Assembly (NCBI GenBank): GCA_012295275.1
Contig: CM022677.1
Location: forward strand, 1,922,001 to 1,986,000
Direction: 5' to 3'
DNA length: 64,000 nt
Source: Chrysomallon squamiferum
Lineage: Eukaryota; Animalia; Mollusca
In this document: positions 13,041 to 26,323 of the stretch, one piece after another
Numbering within the stretch: position 1 is the first letter of the stretch
Layout: each line of letters starts with the position of its first letter
Program-made: the position numbers and the translations under genes
Notes under the pieces: model-generated
Told to the model about the DNA's origin: nothing
Database searches by the model: none
Seen by the model: the letters and a program-made list of their open reading frames with translations, nothing else

Positions 13041-13749
13041 CAAGTACAGTTTTAGAAGCTGATCTGGAATCCTGTCTCACAACATCTTTATGTATTACAC
13101 GCTGTATGCAGAAAAGAAAAATATTACAGAAACCAAATAATAAAATTGATTTTTAAGTCTATAAAATGTTCTGTTTACATTCTAAATAGAAATTAAATAC
13201 AAAAATAAACGAAGTAAAAATTTATGATACAAAATACTTTTATTTGCATTTTCTTTATGTACATCTTATACATGAACAAACAAACAGTAAGTTCGAAACA
13301 TAATCTAATTTACTTACATATTTAATAAAAATCTTAATAAAAGAAAATGGATAAATAAATCAAATAACAGTTCCTGTGTTTCATGTCCAACAGTCAGTAA
13401 GTACATATGTATTTATCTACATTTTATTTTATATACAATTTAAAGTGAAATAAAAAAAGTACAAATGAATCAAGAAATAGTTAGTAATATCATGTTTCAT
13501 ATACAAACTAAAAACATTAGATATACTTAAATAAATAAATAAATACATAATAAAGCAATGAGATGTCATTATACATTTCGCATGTATCTGTTTGACACAA
13601 ATGAGTCCATTATAAAAATTTCAAATCAAATCAAGTGTCTATGACAAACAAACAAATAAATACAAATAAAAATGTGATCCCAGTGATGACTAAAAGTGAC
13701 AGTGTTTGAACGATGTTGTTTTTTACACTAAAAATAACAAAGCAGCTAT

Positions 13750-14903
13750 TTATCCATCTCTCACACTTGTAAAAAGTCGTCTGTCACTGTGTTTAGATTT
13801 GTGTGACTGAGAAAATCTACAAACAAAAGAGTCTACAACAATTTCTGATTTACCTTCAAGTCCACACCTTGTGACGTGTCCCTTAACATTAACAAACAAG
13901 CTGTACTCAGTGTCTTTAGTAATCCTCACTGGATGACTGAACACGACGTCATACACGTCAGACACGACGTGTTCATATCTCTGTGTCAGTGTAGACCCGT
14001 CCAGTATTTCGTCTGTTCTTGTGTCAGTGACAAAGGCATTGACGTGGTAGTTTTGTGGTTCACAGTCACTATACAACTGAAATCCGCGAAGTAAAGCGTT
14101 TTTGTTGACAGAGAAAGTAATGGCGTCATCGTCTTTACCAGAACATGTCAACCAGTAATAACATGGCAAGTAGTAACCTAACACACCAAGCCTGTTTATT
14201 TTAATCTGTGTTTTCATCATTGCAGTTCTCATGTTTGAGTTAAAAGGTGAAACATCTTCATCACTGCTCACCAGGTGTCTCAAAATCTTGTTTTCTTCTG
14301 TCTCAGTGAGTATGTGAGTGGGTGTCACATGTTTTACAAAATACGTCTGATCGAGTAATGGATAACGCACGTGCTTCACGACCTCTCCCAGTGCTTCGCG
14401 CATGTTTTTTTCATTCGTCTGTCTTCCTTGCTTCCTGCATGCGCTGTCAGCCCACTTCACAGCGGCTTCAAAAACATTTTTCTCGTCTGCTGTCAGTTCG
14501 TCTGATCGTACGATCTCAACCAGACATTCGTGACAAAGATCGGTGACTTCATCCGACTTCAGAACTTCGTCGCCATTTTCCAAAATGAAGTCCAGATCAA
14601 ACAGGTGAGCTTGTTCCAGCATGACGCATGCATTCCGTGACGACAACGACGACTCCAAATAGTTGACGCACTGTTCTTCCAGTGTTGTGACGATGTACTT
14701 TCTCGATAGATACAGCAGACTGGTGACGTTGTCGCCTGTTAGGACGACGTCATCTATATAAAGATATCTGTGTAAAAGAAGCAGAGTAAGACTTTAAAAT
14801 GTGAGCTAACTATATGAGATTAATTAATTAGAAATTAATTAGATTACTAACAAAAACTGTATTGTTATCAACGTTTCTGTCTGTATGTATGTCTGTCCAT
14901 GCC

Positions 14904-14975
<72 letters not shown>

Positions 14976-15239
14976 AACATACTTTAAAAACTCTGAGAAG
15001 ATTTCTGCCTTCACATCAGGTATCACAATATCTGATTTTTCGCGAAGTTCTCCAGTCAACATCTGACTGAAAACTTCGCTTCGAATGATCAGAATAAACT
15101 GATGCGCATCAACAGCAGTTTTATGTTCTCCAACTAAAAATCTGACGTCCGTGTGAGTTCTTGTAAGAAAAACGTGTTCAATGCATTCTATCAGATTCTT
15201 CCCGGTCTGCCAACTTGAGATCGGATATGAGGTGGCCAT
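13750..15239 (-). CDS. BTB/POZ-BACK-PHR protein (BTBD1/2/3/6-like) copy 1; exons 14983-15239 and 13750-14767; stop 9 codons early
   Basis: SWQTGK...DVRFLVG...AHQFILIIRSEVFSQML...VIPDV..EIFSEFLK|YLYID (BTB); VFEAAVKWA...LGEVVKHVRYPLL (BACK); DAITFSVNK..LRGFQLY...TSVRDG (PHR). Phase-2 GT-AG intron. TAA replaces the CAA seen in copy 2. Confidence 0.88.
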
Positions 15240-18200
15240 GTTTCAACTACAAACAAACAACAGCAATAATAATACTACTACTACTACTAATAATAATAAT
15301 AATAATAATGGAATGGGGAGAGAAAGAAATTGTTCACACATTCAACTATAAGAATTAGTACAGCGAAAAGAAAGAACAAAAAATAATAATAATAAAACGG
15401 AAAAGGAAAAGGAAAGTAAAAGAAAACGGATATATATATATAGCAAATTGATAAACTATAAAACGAAATACATTGTGCTTATATGAATGATTATTATGAT
15501 GGTGTCAACGACAACATTAATTATTATTATGAACAGAAATGTCTGGTCACATCAGGTAAACAAACGAATTTCAAATAGCAATGTACTTATGGCCATTTAT
15601 ATCAATTTACTCCTCGAAAAGACAACAAATTTTTCCGTCTCTGACACATCTAAAACGAAACATTGTGTAAGAACATAAGAAAAATAGAGGAACAAGATGC
15701 GATGGTTTTAAAGTAGAAATAATAAAATATACTTTGTAATTTCAGTATGGCTACCTACCTCAAAACTTCTTGATCGATAATTTCTGTTTAACCTCAACTA
15801 TAGAGTGCAGGTATAACCGATCTAAAAATAAAATAAAACATATAGCAAAAGTCTTTAATAAATAATAGGGTAGTAATAATAATAATAAACACATACAAAA
15901 GATAAGTTTAAAATGTATATATCCTTGTGGACGATGTGATAAATTCACTGTTAATACATTACACACATAAGTGCGGAAAAAGAAAGAAACAAAAGAGGCA
16001 TTTGTCTACATTATGATAAGATAAATAATATCAGTAACAATCAAAAATAACAACAACCCAATTACTTCTAATAAACTCAATAAAAAGGAAATAGAAAGTA
16101 AATCAGTATATGAGATAATATTATTAAATTCTTCATCCGTAAGATCCATACACCAGAATTGTAAATAGAATTTCGCTGAGAACACATTTTCAAGTCAGGC
16201 TTTACATAACGTTTTTGGTGTCAACATAAAAGAACACCTCACACTATCATGACCTATTTGTTAGACCTAAAAATAATTAAACTAAGAAGACTCAAATCAT
16301 TAAAACATAATAGATATATAATGTCATCTGCTTTCAATGTGGCCGACTTATTTCACTTCACAACAACAACAACAACAACAACAACAATAATGATAATTTA
16401 AAAGGAAAAGCGGAAAAACAAGAGTAAACTGTTAGTTTATAACTATATCAATGCCAACTACAATTGGTAATTTCTTTGAAATGAGTACTTTCTGTTTAAC
16501 TTTTCTACTATTCAAAACTGAGACATAAATAAAGAAACAAAGAAACAAATAAATAAATAAATTGAATTAATTAAGTAATTAATTAAATACAATAAAATAA
16601 TTATGACTACATTAATAAATATATAAAATAAAAGGAAATAATCAGATAGATAAAAATATGGCATAGAGACAACAGCAACAACAATGGAATTAGTTTAACA
16701 CTACTAATAATAATACTGTCGCAACAACGGCTGCTACTACAACTACTGCTATTGAAACTTCTACTATTACATATACTGCTACCATTACAACTACCACTAG
16801 TATTACTATTATTACTTCTGCCACAAATGTGTATTTATTTATTTATTACTAACAGTATTTATTTTTCTGAGCGAGTACTAGATATAGAAATCAGATGTAA
16901 CACACACACACACACACACACACAGAAACAATAATAATAATAACAACAACAGCATACAGAGGTTATTTTTTTCTTCTAATCTTATCGTGTGCATGTCTTA
17001 TTTCTCTGGCGATACTCACGTGACCAGTCTATCACGATACAGCTAACACGTGATTGTTTGTTTCTTATGTAGGTCAGATCAAAACAGTGTATCGCACGAG
17101 AACAAAGATATAGATGGGTGTTATTTACAACAATCCGACAAATTCATTGTCAATATGGTGTCTTCGCGTAAGTGTATAGATTGAACAGAAAACGTGTGAG
17201 GTTATTTAAACGGTGAGAAGATACATAGTTTCAATAACGACGATAAAGACAAACACAATAACAACAAAATTACTACCAACAAACAGACTCTTAAATTAAA
17301 AACAATACAATTCTACGAGCTAGTATTATTATTACAGTTTGATTGGCTCGTTCCATACACTTGGTGGTTAGTAACACTACGTTGTCGGACAATATACTTT
17401 TCAAGTCAGGGTCTAGATTATACTTTTTCATGTCTTTTAAAAATCTCGCACTGTAATGGTCAGTTTGCTTGTCACATCTACAACTATAACAGCGATAACT
17501 TTTTTATGTTTGTCATTGTAGATGAAAGCAAATGCAATAACATTTTATACACTGGTTGGAACGGATCATAGACCAATACAAAAGTTAAGTTAAATGAAAG
17601 GGAAGAATGAAGAAATGACAAAAAGAAGAAACAAATTAAAGAAAGAAGGAAGGATATAATAAATGTTTTAATTAACGACACTGTAAACACATTTTGTTAA
17701 CTGATATGTCTGTGTCAAACTTGCTGTTAAGGACTGCTGAAATAAAATGAGAGTAAATCTGCAATCGCCACATCAAGGGTACTTCTTTCCAATTAACAGG
17801 AAGTGGTATTTTATATAGACAATTAGATGAACAGAGTAATATGTATCAACCATTGGCTCTCTTTAAGCAATATATATTTTTGTTTCTTTTTAATTTAATT
17901 ATTATTAACAAGTTTCATATATAAACCAATTACGACTAGAAACCGTGTTGATAATGGCCTTTAGGACACTTTCATTCATAGTAATGTTTTTCACAGAGTC
18001 TGGTTCAGTATTAACATACTTACTGACAATACAGATAAAGAGAGCGCTACAGCATGGACACAAATGGTGTAGAAAATATGTCATGGCGGACACAAAAAGG
18101 GTTGTAAGAGGTTGGCAGAAGAGGGTGTTTAGTTAGTTGTAATGTTGTTTAAAAACAGGTTTTTCACGTTCACAGATTGATGACTCGTAAAGGATAGTGT

Positions 18201-18680
18201 TTATTCAGGATATTATTTATACAGGATACTATTTTTACATGAACATTTTTACAGGAATTAGCAATCTTAACGTTAAATTTAATCTTAAACCGACACTAAT
18301 ACCAAACCTGAATTATCTCTAAATACAACAACGTTTCTGATATCACTTACTTGAATCCTAACTCTACATCTGTCCATCTGAACCAGTGATAAACATCATC
18401 ATAATTTTATCTCAAAGTGTAATATTATCCTAATACCACACAAACTATCACCCTAACCTTAATGTTATCACATCACAGATCTTAACCTACACCAAACAAA
18501 CAACCAACCAACCAAACAAACAAACAAACAAACAAACAAAATAAAATGAACCTATACATCCCCGTTAAGAATATATAATTTCTGGACAACCAATTTTCAA
18601 ATCCTGATAAAAATAATTCTATTCAGACAGACACACACAATTGTGCGCACTCATCCATTCATAGACAATTACACACACAC

Positions 18681-18757
<77 letters not shown>

Positions 18758-18817
18758 AAAACTGAGAAGAATGTAAATTGATAGTTAAACAACTGAATTA
18801 ATGTGTGTTTTTCATAC

Positions 18818-19852
18818 CAGTTTGTTTAGAAACTTCTCTGTCTGTTCTGCTGTCTGTGTGTGTCCCATTCTGATGTTTAGGTAACAACACCTGTCTGTTT
18901 TGTGGTATGTTCCTGAAAAAGCAAAATAAAAAAATAAATTAAATTTTGTATTGCCTTTATTAATAATATTATTTACTATTATATATATATATAAACACCA
19001 TTTACAGATACAAATGAATGTTTGTTAACAAAAATATATTTAAGCTATTTTATTTTAAATGTGCATGCAAGCTTACAGATATACTGATTAACACATGCAC
19101 AGTTTGAGGTAATGAATAATTAAAGATAAGTATTTTTTTAATATAGTCTAAATTCTTTTAAATATACACCATTATAACCTGATTATTGATCAATATAAAT
19201 TCTGCTAAAATAGAAGAAATCTAAAAAGAAGAAATATTTTATTTAAGAACTATACATTGCATATTTTTTACTAGTTGTTTGTATTTTAGAAAGTGAACAA
19301 AGCATCTAAAATTTTGTTTAATATTAACTTTCTTTATTAGTAGCCTTCTCAAATACTGACCATTGTATAAAGATCTTTCAAAGGCTGAAATCATCCATTT
19401 TAAATAATAAAAATTGATTTACATACATAAAAGCATCCATCTAAATATACACTAAAACTGAATAGTATAAATCCCAATTTGTCCAGTACAATAATAAATT
19501 ACATAAATTAATATAATGAAAGATTAATTAAAAAATCTCACAAACCTTACTGTTTGCTTCCTGACCAATCAGAAGCTGTCCTGTCTCTGTCAGTTTTATC
19601 ACTTCTATCCAGAAGAACTGCTCTGCAGGAAAGACTAAGAGTTTTTCTCGTATTCTATCTCAGGTGTACAGGACGTCCTTGTAAGTGAAGTGGAAAAATT
19701 GATGAGGCAAAGATTATATAAAGAATTAGGTATTCCTAACCCATCTTTCAAACATATGTCTAAGAAAAAATAAATAACAATGAGGCAGTTAATATCTAAT
19801 AATACAGGAAACAATAAGGAGGATGATATACGACTGTGGATAGACAAGAAAA

Positions 19853-19906
<54 letters not shown>

Positions 19907-21344
19907 CCTATACAATTTGTGATTTTGTTGATCGTGAAATATAAAATTAAAAAAACAATAACAACACATCTCTCTAAACTATATATAAACATTCATAAAT
20001 TTAACATATCTAAATTTTAAAGTTACCAACTGATTCATTATTTTATTTACAAAAATTGTGTTTATTAAACTAACCATGAAAACTGAGAGGCTGCAGACAA
20101 TAGAAACTACAGTACATTGTCTCCTATGTAACAGGAAAGTTAAACACTTTAAAATACTCATTCCTTTTGTTTTAAAATACACAAATAAACATTTACAACA
20201 AAATAACTGCATTTATATCAATGTAAGTATATGCATGTGTGTGTACGCATGTGTCTGTGGGTATGTGTGTATGTCTCTGTGTGTGTGTGTATGTATACTT
20301 ACTGATATATTATTTACAAACTGCAACTTCATATATTAAATAAAATTAAACTTCATTAGTTTCAGAATAATGAAAAATATGTAAGAAAACAAACTCAAAT
20401 TCACCTGCTCAGATTTGTTCTCTTTTGCAATGGCAGCAGTACAAACTTTATTTAACCAGAAAACAACTGTGTCCTCAGTGTCTGATGGAAGTTCACTGGT
20501 TGTGTTAAAAGTTGTAATTTGTCTGAAAGTTAAAACATTTCTTGTTCAAAATGCTGAATGTAAAATCAGAGGTCTCACTACATTATATGATAAATTATAC
20601 AAAATATGCTGCCCAGATTTCATTCTGCATCTGCCTCTGTTCTCTGTCTTGCCATTCCTTCATCCTCTCTCCTCATACATTCCTACATTTACATATTTAA
20701 CTGCAGTCATCATAATACTTCTCCTTCTTAGTGATCAAAGTAGAAGGATGAATGCCTTTAAATACACCTCAAAATTAAATAAATAAACTAACTATTTTAA
20801 TTTTAAAAAAAGATTCAAATTTTAGTATTTAACAAGATAATATAAAAAAATAAATAAATAAACTTTAACATACCCAAACTCATTTTAATTTTAAAAAAGA
20901 TTCAAATTTTAACAAGATAATATACAAAAAAAAAATAATAATAATAATAAAAAAATAAAATAAAAACAACATACCTGACAGCTTGAACAGCATGTTCTAT
21001 TGAAACAAATTCACTGGCATACGCCAACATCAGCACATGAGTTAGAGCTGTACATGCATACCTAAAAAAGTAAAAAACAATAATAAACAAACAGTTAGAA
21101 ATAAATAACTAATACTTCTGACATGCTTTGTGATTAATAAATTATGTGACTGAGTAATGCAACAAAACAACAGCAAATAACTGATGATTATTACACTATT
21201 TTATAATTAATTAAGAACTATTACAAAACTTATTTTTCTGTTGACAACACAAAAATAAAATAAATTAAACTCACAACTGAGAATGGTTTCTGTAACAGTT
21301 GATTCATCCTACTGCATGATGTAAATTCACTTTGTAGACAGCAC
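18818..21344 (-). pseudogene. CAMSAP/Patronin N-terminal (CH domain) pseudogene fragment, copy 1; exons 21275-21344, 20975-21061, 20405-20522, ~20075-20130, 19551-19759, 18818-18912
   Basis: Exons read VLSTK*IYIMQ*DESTVTE, LMLAYASEFVSIEHAVQAVR, FNTTSELPSDTEDTVVFWLNKV and DICLKDGLGIPNSLYNLCLI../FHFTYKDVLY..LLVFPAEQFFWIEV. These are colinear with CAMSAP motifs LSRKGIYVME, LMMAY..E..SIEKVV, ELPYDLEDAMVFWINKV, DICLKE...ADSLYN and VFIAELFWWFE; in-frame stops and frameshifts present. Confidence 0.85.
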
Positions 21345-21584
21345 CTGAACAATACTGCAGTGAGATACGTAAAATATTTAACATCAATATTAAATATAGA
21401 ATTTAGTAATTTTTATAACAAAATGCATTTATCTGACATATATATAATATATCAATCTACATTTGTCAGATAAATGCATTTTTCTCTGCTTATTATCATT
21501 TGTGGATAATTTTATTATTTTTATTTACATATGAAATTGCCCAAGACACAAAGACACACACGCACACACAAACACACACACACA

Positions 21585-21637
21585 CACACAGTGACAATAC
21601 TGAATATGGTGAATATCTCTATCTTTCTCTTTCTTCT

Positions 21638-21677
<40 letters not shown>

Positions 21678-21710
21678 GACAATACTGAATATGGTGAATA
21701 CCTCTATCTT

Positions 21711-21761
<51 letters not shown>

Positions 21762-21806
21762 GACAATACTGAATATGGTGAATACCTCTATCTTTCTCTT
21801 TCTTCT

Positions 21807-21844
<38 letters not shown>

Positions 21845-21889
21845 GACAATACTGAATATGGTGAATACCTCTGTCTTTCTCTCTCTTCT

Positions 21890-21943
<54 letters not shown>

Positions 21944-21988
21944 GACAATACTGAATATGGTGAATACCTCTATCTTTCTCTCTCTTCT

Positions 21989-22032
<44 letters not shown>

Positions 22033-22065
22033 GTGACTACCTCTATCTTTCTCTCTCTTCTCTCA
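21585..22065 (+). repeat. Compound minisatellite (~50-bp core plus (CT)n(CA)n), about 85-100 bp, 5-6 copies; single copy at ~50225-50285
   Basis: CAGTGACAATACTGAATATGGTGAATACCTCTATCTTTC repeated with CA spacers. Confidence 0.9.
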
Positions 22066-23099
22066 TACATACATCTTTATCTCATTCCAGGGCTAAGAAT
22101 GTGCTCGAATCTCCAAATCTGATTTGCACCAACATAAAACATCCACATTTGTTTGGATTCACGTGAAATATTTCCAAAATTCTATTGAACTGAATAATCA
22201 ACGAGTAAAACATTACCAAATTAAAAACAAAACTAGTCTGGTTAACAAGCATCAGTTTAAAGTGGTTTCAAAAGTGTAGCATACATTCCAATCCGTGTTT
22301 GTTCCAAACATTGTGGTTTATTGAGACTAGTCTGGTGGTTGTCCCATTTCTATGAACAAAAAACTACCAACAAAGATACCAAAAGTAACAAGTTTGTTCA
22401 TTCTAACACAGTAACATGATTATACTAACTCAATGTGCCAAATTTACTATTATATCAGACATTACTATGTTACTTCATTTTTATTATTTTCCTTACCTTA
22501 AATTTCCTGGTCTTTTCAATCCATAATTCTTTTTTTGTTTGCTTGTTGCAGAAATGTGCTTTGGTAACATCCACACAAACATCGAATCACTGCGCAAACA
22601 CGTACTGCATGCACTGTTTACAAATCTTCTAAATGTCACCTGGTAAGACTTAAAAGAAAACAAACTGTAAAGATGAAATGGAAAAATTTCACCTGAAAAA
22701 ACCCAGTAAAAGAAGAGGTTTAAATTCCTGGTCTAAAGAAATAAATAAAATGTATCAGTTTGTTTTTCACAGAACCAGTCAGAACATAATGCATGCCACG
22801 TGCAAAGTTTATCAAATGCACTTTTAATCTACCAATAAATTGTACAGGGGAAAACTGTTCCAGATATGAAAGCTTATGTATAGTATCAAATTACCTATCT
22901 ATTTAAACCTAATCTTGAATGTCACATGACATTAGCAGGTCATATTAAATGTTTAGAAATTAAAACCAGTGAACTGGTCTCCAAAAGACAAAAAAACATT
23001 GATATACGTGTTTGGTTCTGCCAGAGACCAAGCTATAAAAACTGCAGCCAGCCATAGGATGCAGTCTGTATATTGGCTGGAAATAAAAACCATGTAGCT

Positions 23100-23320
23100 A
23101 AAACTAAGAAAGAGTGCTTTCCACTACCTAGAACAGATGTCATTAAATGCTTTGTATGGAGCACAATGGTTTACTATACTGGATATGGTCAGTGAATACA
23201 ACCAGGTTGGGGATAAAGACAAAGACAAAACTGCACTGATCTCTCCAATGGGTTTGTTTGAATACAAGTGAATGCCTTTTGGTTTATCAGGAGCCCCAGC
23301 CACATTTCAAAGACTCATGC
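23100..23320 (+). mobile_element. Ty3/Gypsy reverse transcriptase fragment, decayed
   Basis: FPLPRTD/SLNALYGAQWFTILDMVSEYNQV...[32 protein letters not shown]. Confidence 0.9.
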
Positions 23321-23459
23321 TTTATAAACTGTAACAGAACCATATCAAACCCTTTTTAATAGATACATTTGTATAACGAGTAATGATAGAAAGAAAAGGA
23401 ATATATCCAGTGATGATGAGGATGATGCCATACCACCTAATAAGTATTCAAAAAGTATT

Positions 23460-24002
23460 CAAAAGTGAGCAGAGGTAAAAAAGTATGGCATCATTTGCTC
23501 TACTGCCCAGAGGTGGAGAGGCCAGTCTGCCTCTCGTTCCGCCCGCACGAAGACATCATGATGAACACGGGTTGATGACTGTGACGATGTTGTTGAAAGT
23601 CACTTGTTTGAGGACTGAGTCAAATCAGTAATGGCAACATGCCTCAGCATAAGTAAAGGGGATGTTCTGTAATGACTCGGATATGCACTGAAGTTGATTT
23701 TTGCATATTTTGCAGAAAATATTGGTGTGATCAATACTGTAAAGGTTTAATCTGATTCTTTACCCCTAAAAACATGTGTATAGACACCAACATTATTTTG
23801 ATACCATGTGTAGTTACTGAGATATTGACGAAAACAATATTTTCAGTAATGGCGGCCTTAATTTGCATATTGTGCGGGTTGCCCAAGGATGACAGAGTGG
23901 CATCATTCAGATTGTTAAAGAGCACATCTCGGAGGTATAGAAACAGCAACAAAACTTTGTACAGACCGCAATGCACACTTATCAGTCCCTGCCACCGGAC
24001 TA
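23460..24002. mobile_element. Academ-like DNA transposon remnant (transposase fragment on minus strand plus a probable terminus ending CTA)
   Basis: Minus-strand FVRAEREADWPLHLWAVEQMMPYFF resembles the R..REGDW.LHL...M.P.FFA motif I associate with Academ transposases; putative end CCGGACTA at 24002; superfamily assignment is inference. Confidence 0.55.
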
Positions 24003-24139
24003 CTTTACAGCAAAACTTTACCCACCACATCTTGTTTGTTTGACCAAAATGCTGATCTGTTTAACACTACTGAAGAACCCGTAACAGCTACGATAGACCC
24101 TGTTGTTCATACCCTATACTGAAGCATTACAATTTATTT

Positions 24140-24920
24140 AACTACGAAGTGAAGTTAGAACCAAGAGGGAAGCAATTAACTTTTGTCAAAACTTAAAACT
24201 TCTACCAAAAATTGTGAGATGCCAAACTGTAAATGTGTGCATTTGAACAAATTAACATCAGTGAAATGGAATGATTGCAATTACTCACATTATCAATTTC
24301 AGTTTAATAAAAACATTTGTAAAGACAAAAGTAAAAATCATAATTAGTTCAATAAACAGGTTTGTAAACCCGAACGTAAAAATCAGGTGCCTTTAAGAAC
24401 AGGTACATGGTTTGAGGCGTCAAACCTATCCATAAGAAGAAGTTTGTTAAGTATGTAGTTTTTCAAGACAATATCCGACAGAAATTGCTCAAACAGAAAC
24501 CACCATTCCCAAAGAAGAAATCAAAGGAGAGAAAAAAACTTCATCTCAAACTATTTCTGACTGTTACAACTATGTTGTGAAATTTGAGTTGAGTGGGAAA
24601 AAACGTAAGAGGTGGAAAAGGTTGTCCTGTTGAAACAGACGAAGCAAAGTTTGACACAATTTGGGGGAATTCGTCATGAAACAAGATTTTTTTCTTAATT
24701 ATTGCAATTTATTATAATTATATGCTTATTCATCAGATCCAACAACCAAGGCATGTACCAACTTAACTGAAAACAGGGGTGTGTGATAGGAGATAACTAC
24801 CAAGTACTCATTGCACACAAGGAAATATTGGCCTTCATCTTGCAGAATACATGAGGAGGAATAAATAAAAGAAGCAGGAAGTATTCAGTGAACTGTCACA
24901 AATCATCAGTCTGGAGTGTA
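24140..24920 (+). mobile_element. Merlin (IS1595/ISXO2-like) transposase remnant
   Basis: Fragments EAINFCQNLKLLP, LRTGTWFEASNLSIRRSL, SQTISDCYNY, GGKGCPVETDEAKF, GGIRHET and LHLAEYMRR in Merlin order, with many frameshifts. Confidence 0.8.
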
Positions 24921-25659
24921 TTTGTTAATGATGACTATCTTTTGAAATGTATTATTTTGTATGATAACTAAAATGGCTGACATAACATCATACGTATTAT
25001 TGCTTGAAATGTTGAAGAATTGTTTCCTTCTATCTGCTGTATTTAACCACTTAATTTTAGTGTGTATAAAAGGTTTAAAAATTATAATTAAAACAAAAAA
25101 AAAATTTAGGACGGGATGTGGATAGATATATTTTTAAACTATGTCAACTCATCTACAGGACAGGTGAGATGACTGTAAAGTGAGTGCAGGAACTCAGACA
25201 TTCCACTGTGTAAAACCAGTGAGCTCTGTGTCTGTGGCATGTGACAAGAATTCGCAGTTTGCTGACACTCTACCAGTCCCTATTCACTTTAACTATGTGA
25301 GAGATGTCGCAGAACTGTCTGCTGAATCAGCAACTATACCAAGTAAGAAAAGTGCATCTGATCAAGCTTTGTCCTGCTAGAATATATATCTAGGAAATCT
25401 AAAAACAAAAAAAATAAAAAAAATTCTTCGGCAAATAATCTCCAAAGATAGATTTCAAATTGAAGTAACATTCCTACATAGAAAAGATGTTAAGTTTATT
25501 GTTTGCTTTTCCAGTTACAGGAGATAGAGCTTGGGTTGAAGAAAACCAAATCAACAGTATGGTTGAAATTCCTACAATGGAAAATTGCTATCAGTGTTTA
25601 TTCCAACAAGGTCTATCAGAATGAACGTGGAAAAAAAACAATTTGATAGAATAACTCTT

Positions 25660-26063
25660 TTAAATCTTTGACTAGAAAGTTAGATATAATGTATGATAAA
25701 CTGGAAAAATTAGACATGATCGAAAAACAACTGAATGGTATGGAAATAACTGTACAAGATATAGTGGTAAAATGATTGATATTAAGAAAAAAGTACAAGA
25801 TATGGAAAGGGTATGAATTACATTCACTGTCAGTTTGAAAGAAATAAAACAATGTTGAATATTTGAAATCTGTTGTCTTAGATATGAACAGTTCTACTCG
25901 TGAAATGAGAGATAATAATACCAGTATGAAACAACAAATATGTGAAGTAGAAACTGAGTTTCGAATCTTAAGAGATAAACACAATGACCTACAAGCTCAG
26001 TTCATCACGACAATGTATGATATCAGAAGAAGACGAAGGACACACTGACAAGGAGTTGAAAAG
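25660..26063 (+). mobile_element. LINE ORF1-like (coiled coil plus start of RRM) remnant
   Basis: KLEKLDMIEKQLNGME...RDKHNDLQA; copy 2 continues to ELKSFI and RPVVAKF (cf. RPIVAKF of L1-type ORF1). Confidence 0.6.
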
Positions 26064-26263
26064 NNNNNNNNNNNNNNNNNNNNNNNNNNNNNNNNNNNNN
26101 NNNNNNNNNNNNNNNNNNNNNNNNNNNNNNNNNNNNNNNNNNNNNNNNNNNNNNNNNNNNNNNNNNNNNNNNNNNNNNNNNNNNNNNNNNNNNNNNNNNN
26201 NNNNNNNNNNNNNNNNNNNNNNNNNNNNNNNNNNNNNNNNNNNNNNNNNNNNNNNNNNNNNNN
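26064..26263. other. Scaffold gap (200 N)
   Basis: Run of 200 N. Confidence 0.99.
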
Positions 26264-26294
26264 TTGGTAATACTTCGTTCAGTTACGTATTACT
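26264..26294 (+). other. Oxford Nanopore ligation adapter contamination
   Basis: TACTTCGTTCAGTTACGTATT (26271-26291) is identical to the core of the ONT adapter AATGTACTTCGTTCAGTTACGTATTGCT and sits at the contig start. Confidence 0.95.
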
Positions 26295-26323
26295 CCTGAG
26301 TGTGGCAAATCTAAATTATTCCT

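Larger units (their letters stand above)
10298..26063 (+). repeat. Copy 1 of a ~16-kb duplicated segment (segmental duplication or uncollapsed haplotype)
   Basis: 10298-10760 matches 30181-30578; 10760-18755 matches ~34085-42495; 18755-26063 matches ~48404-54290; near-identical ORF translations in both copies. Confidence 0.93.

Noticed and set aside
18190-18625. Degenerate CCTAACC tracts with loosely inverted CAGGAT/ATCCTG ends (old MITE or interstitial telomeric repeat)
   Set aside because: Too decayed to define a unit, termini or TSD.
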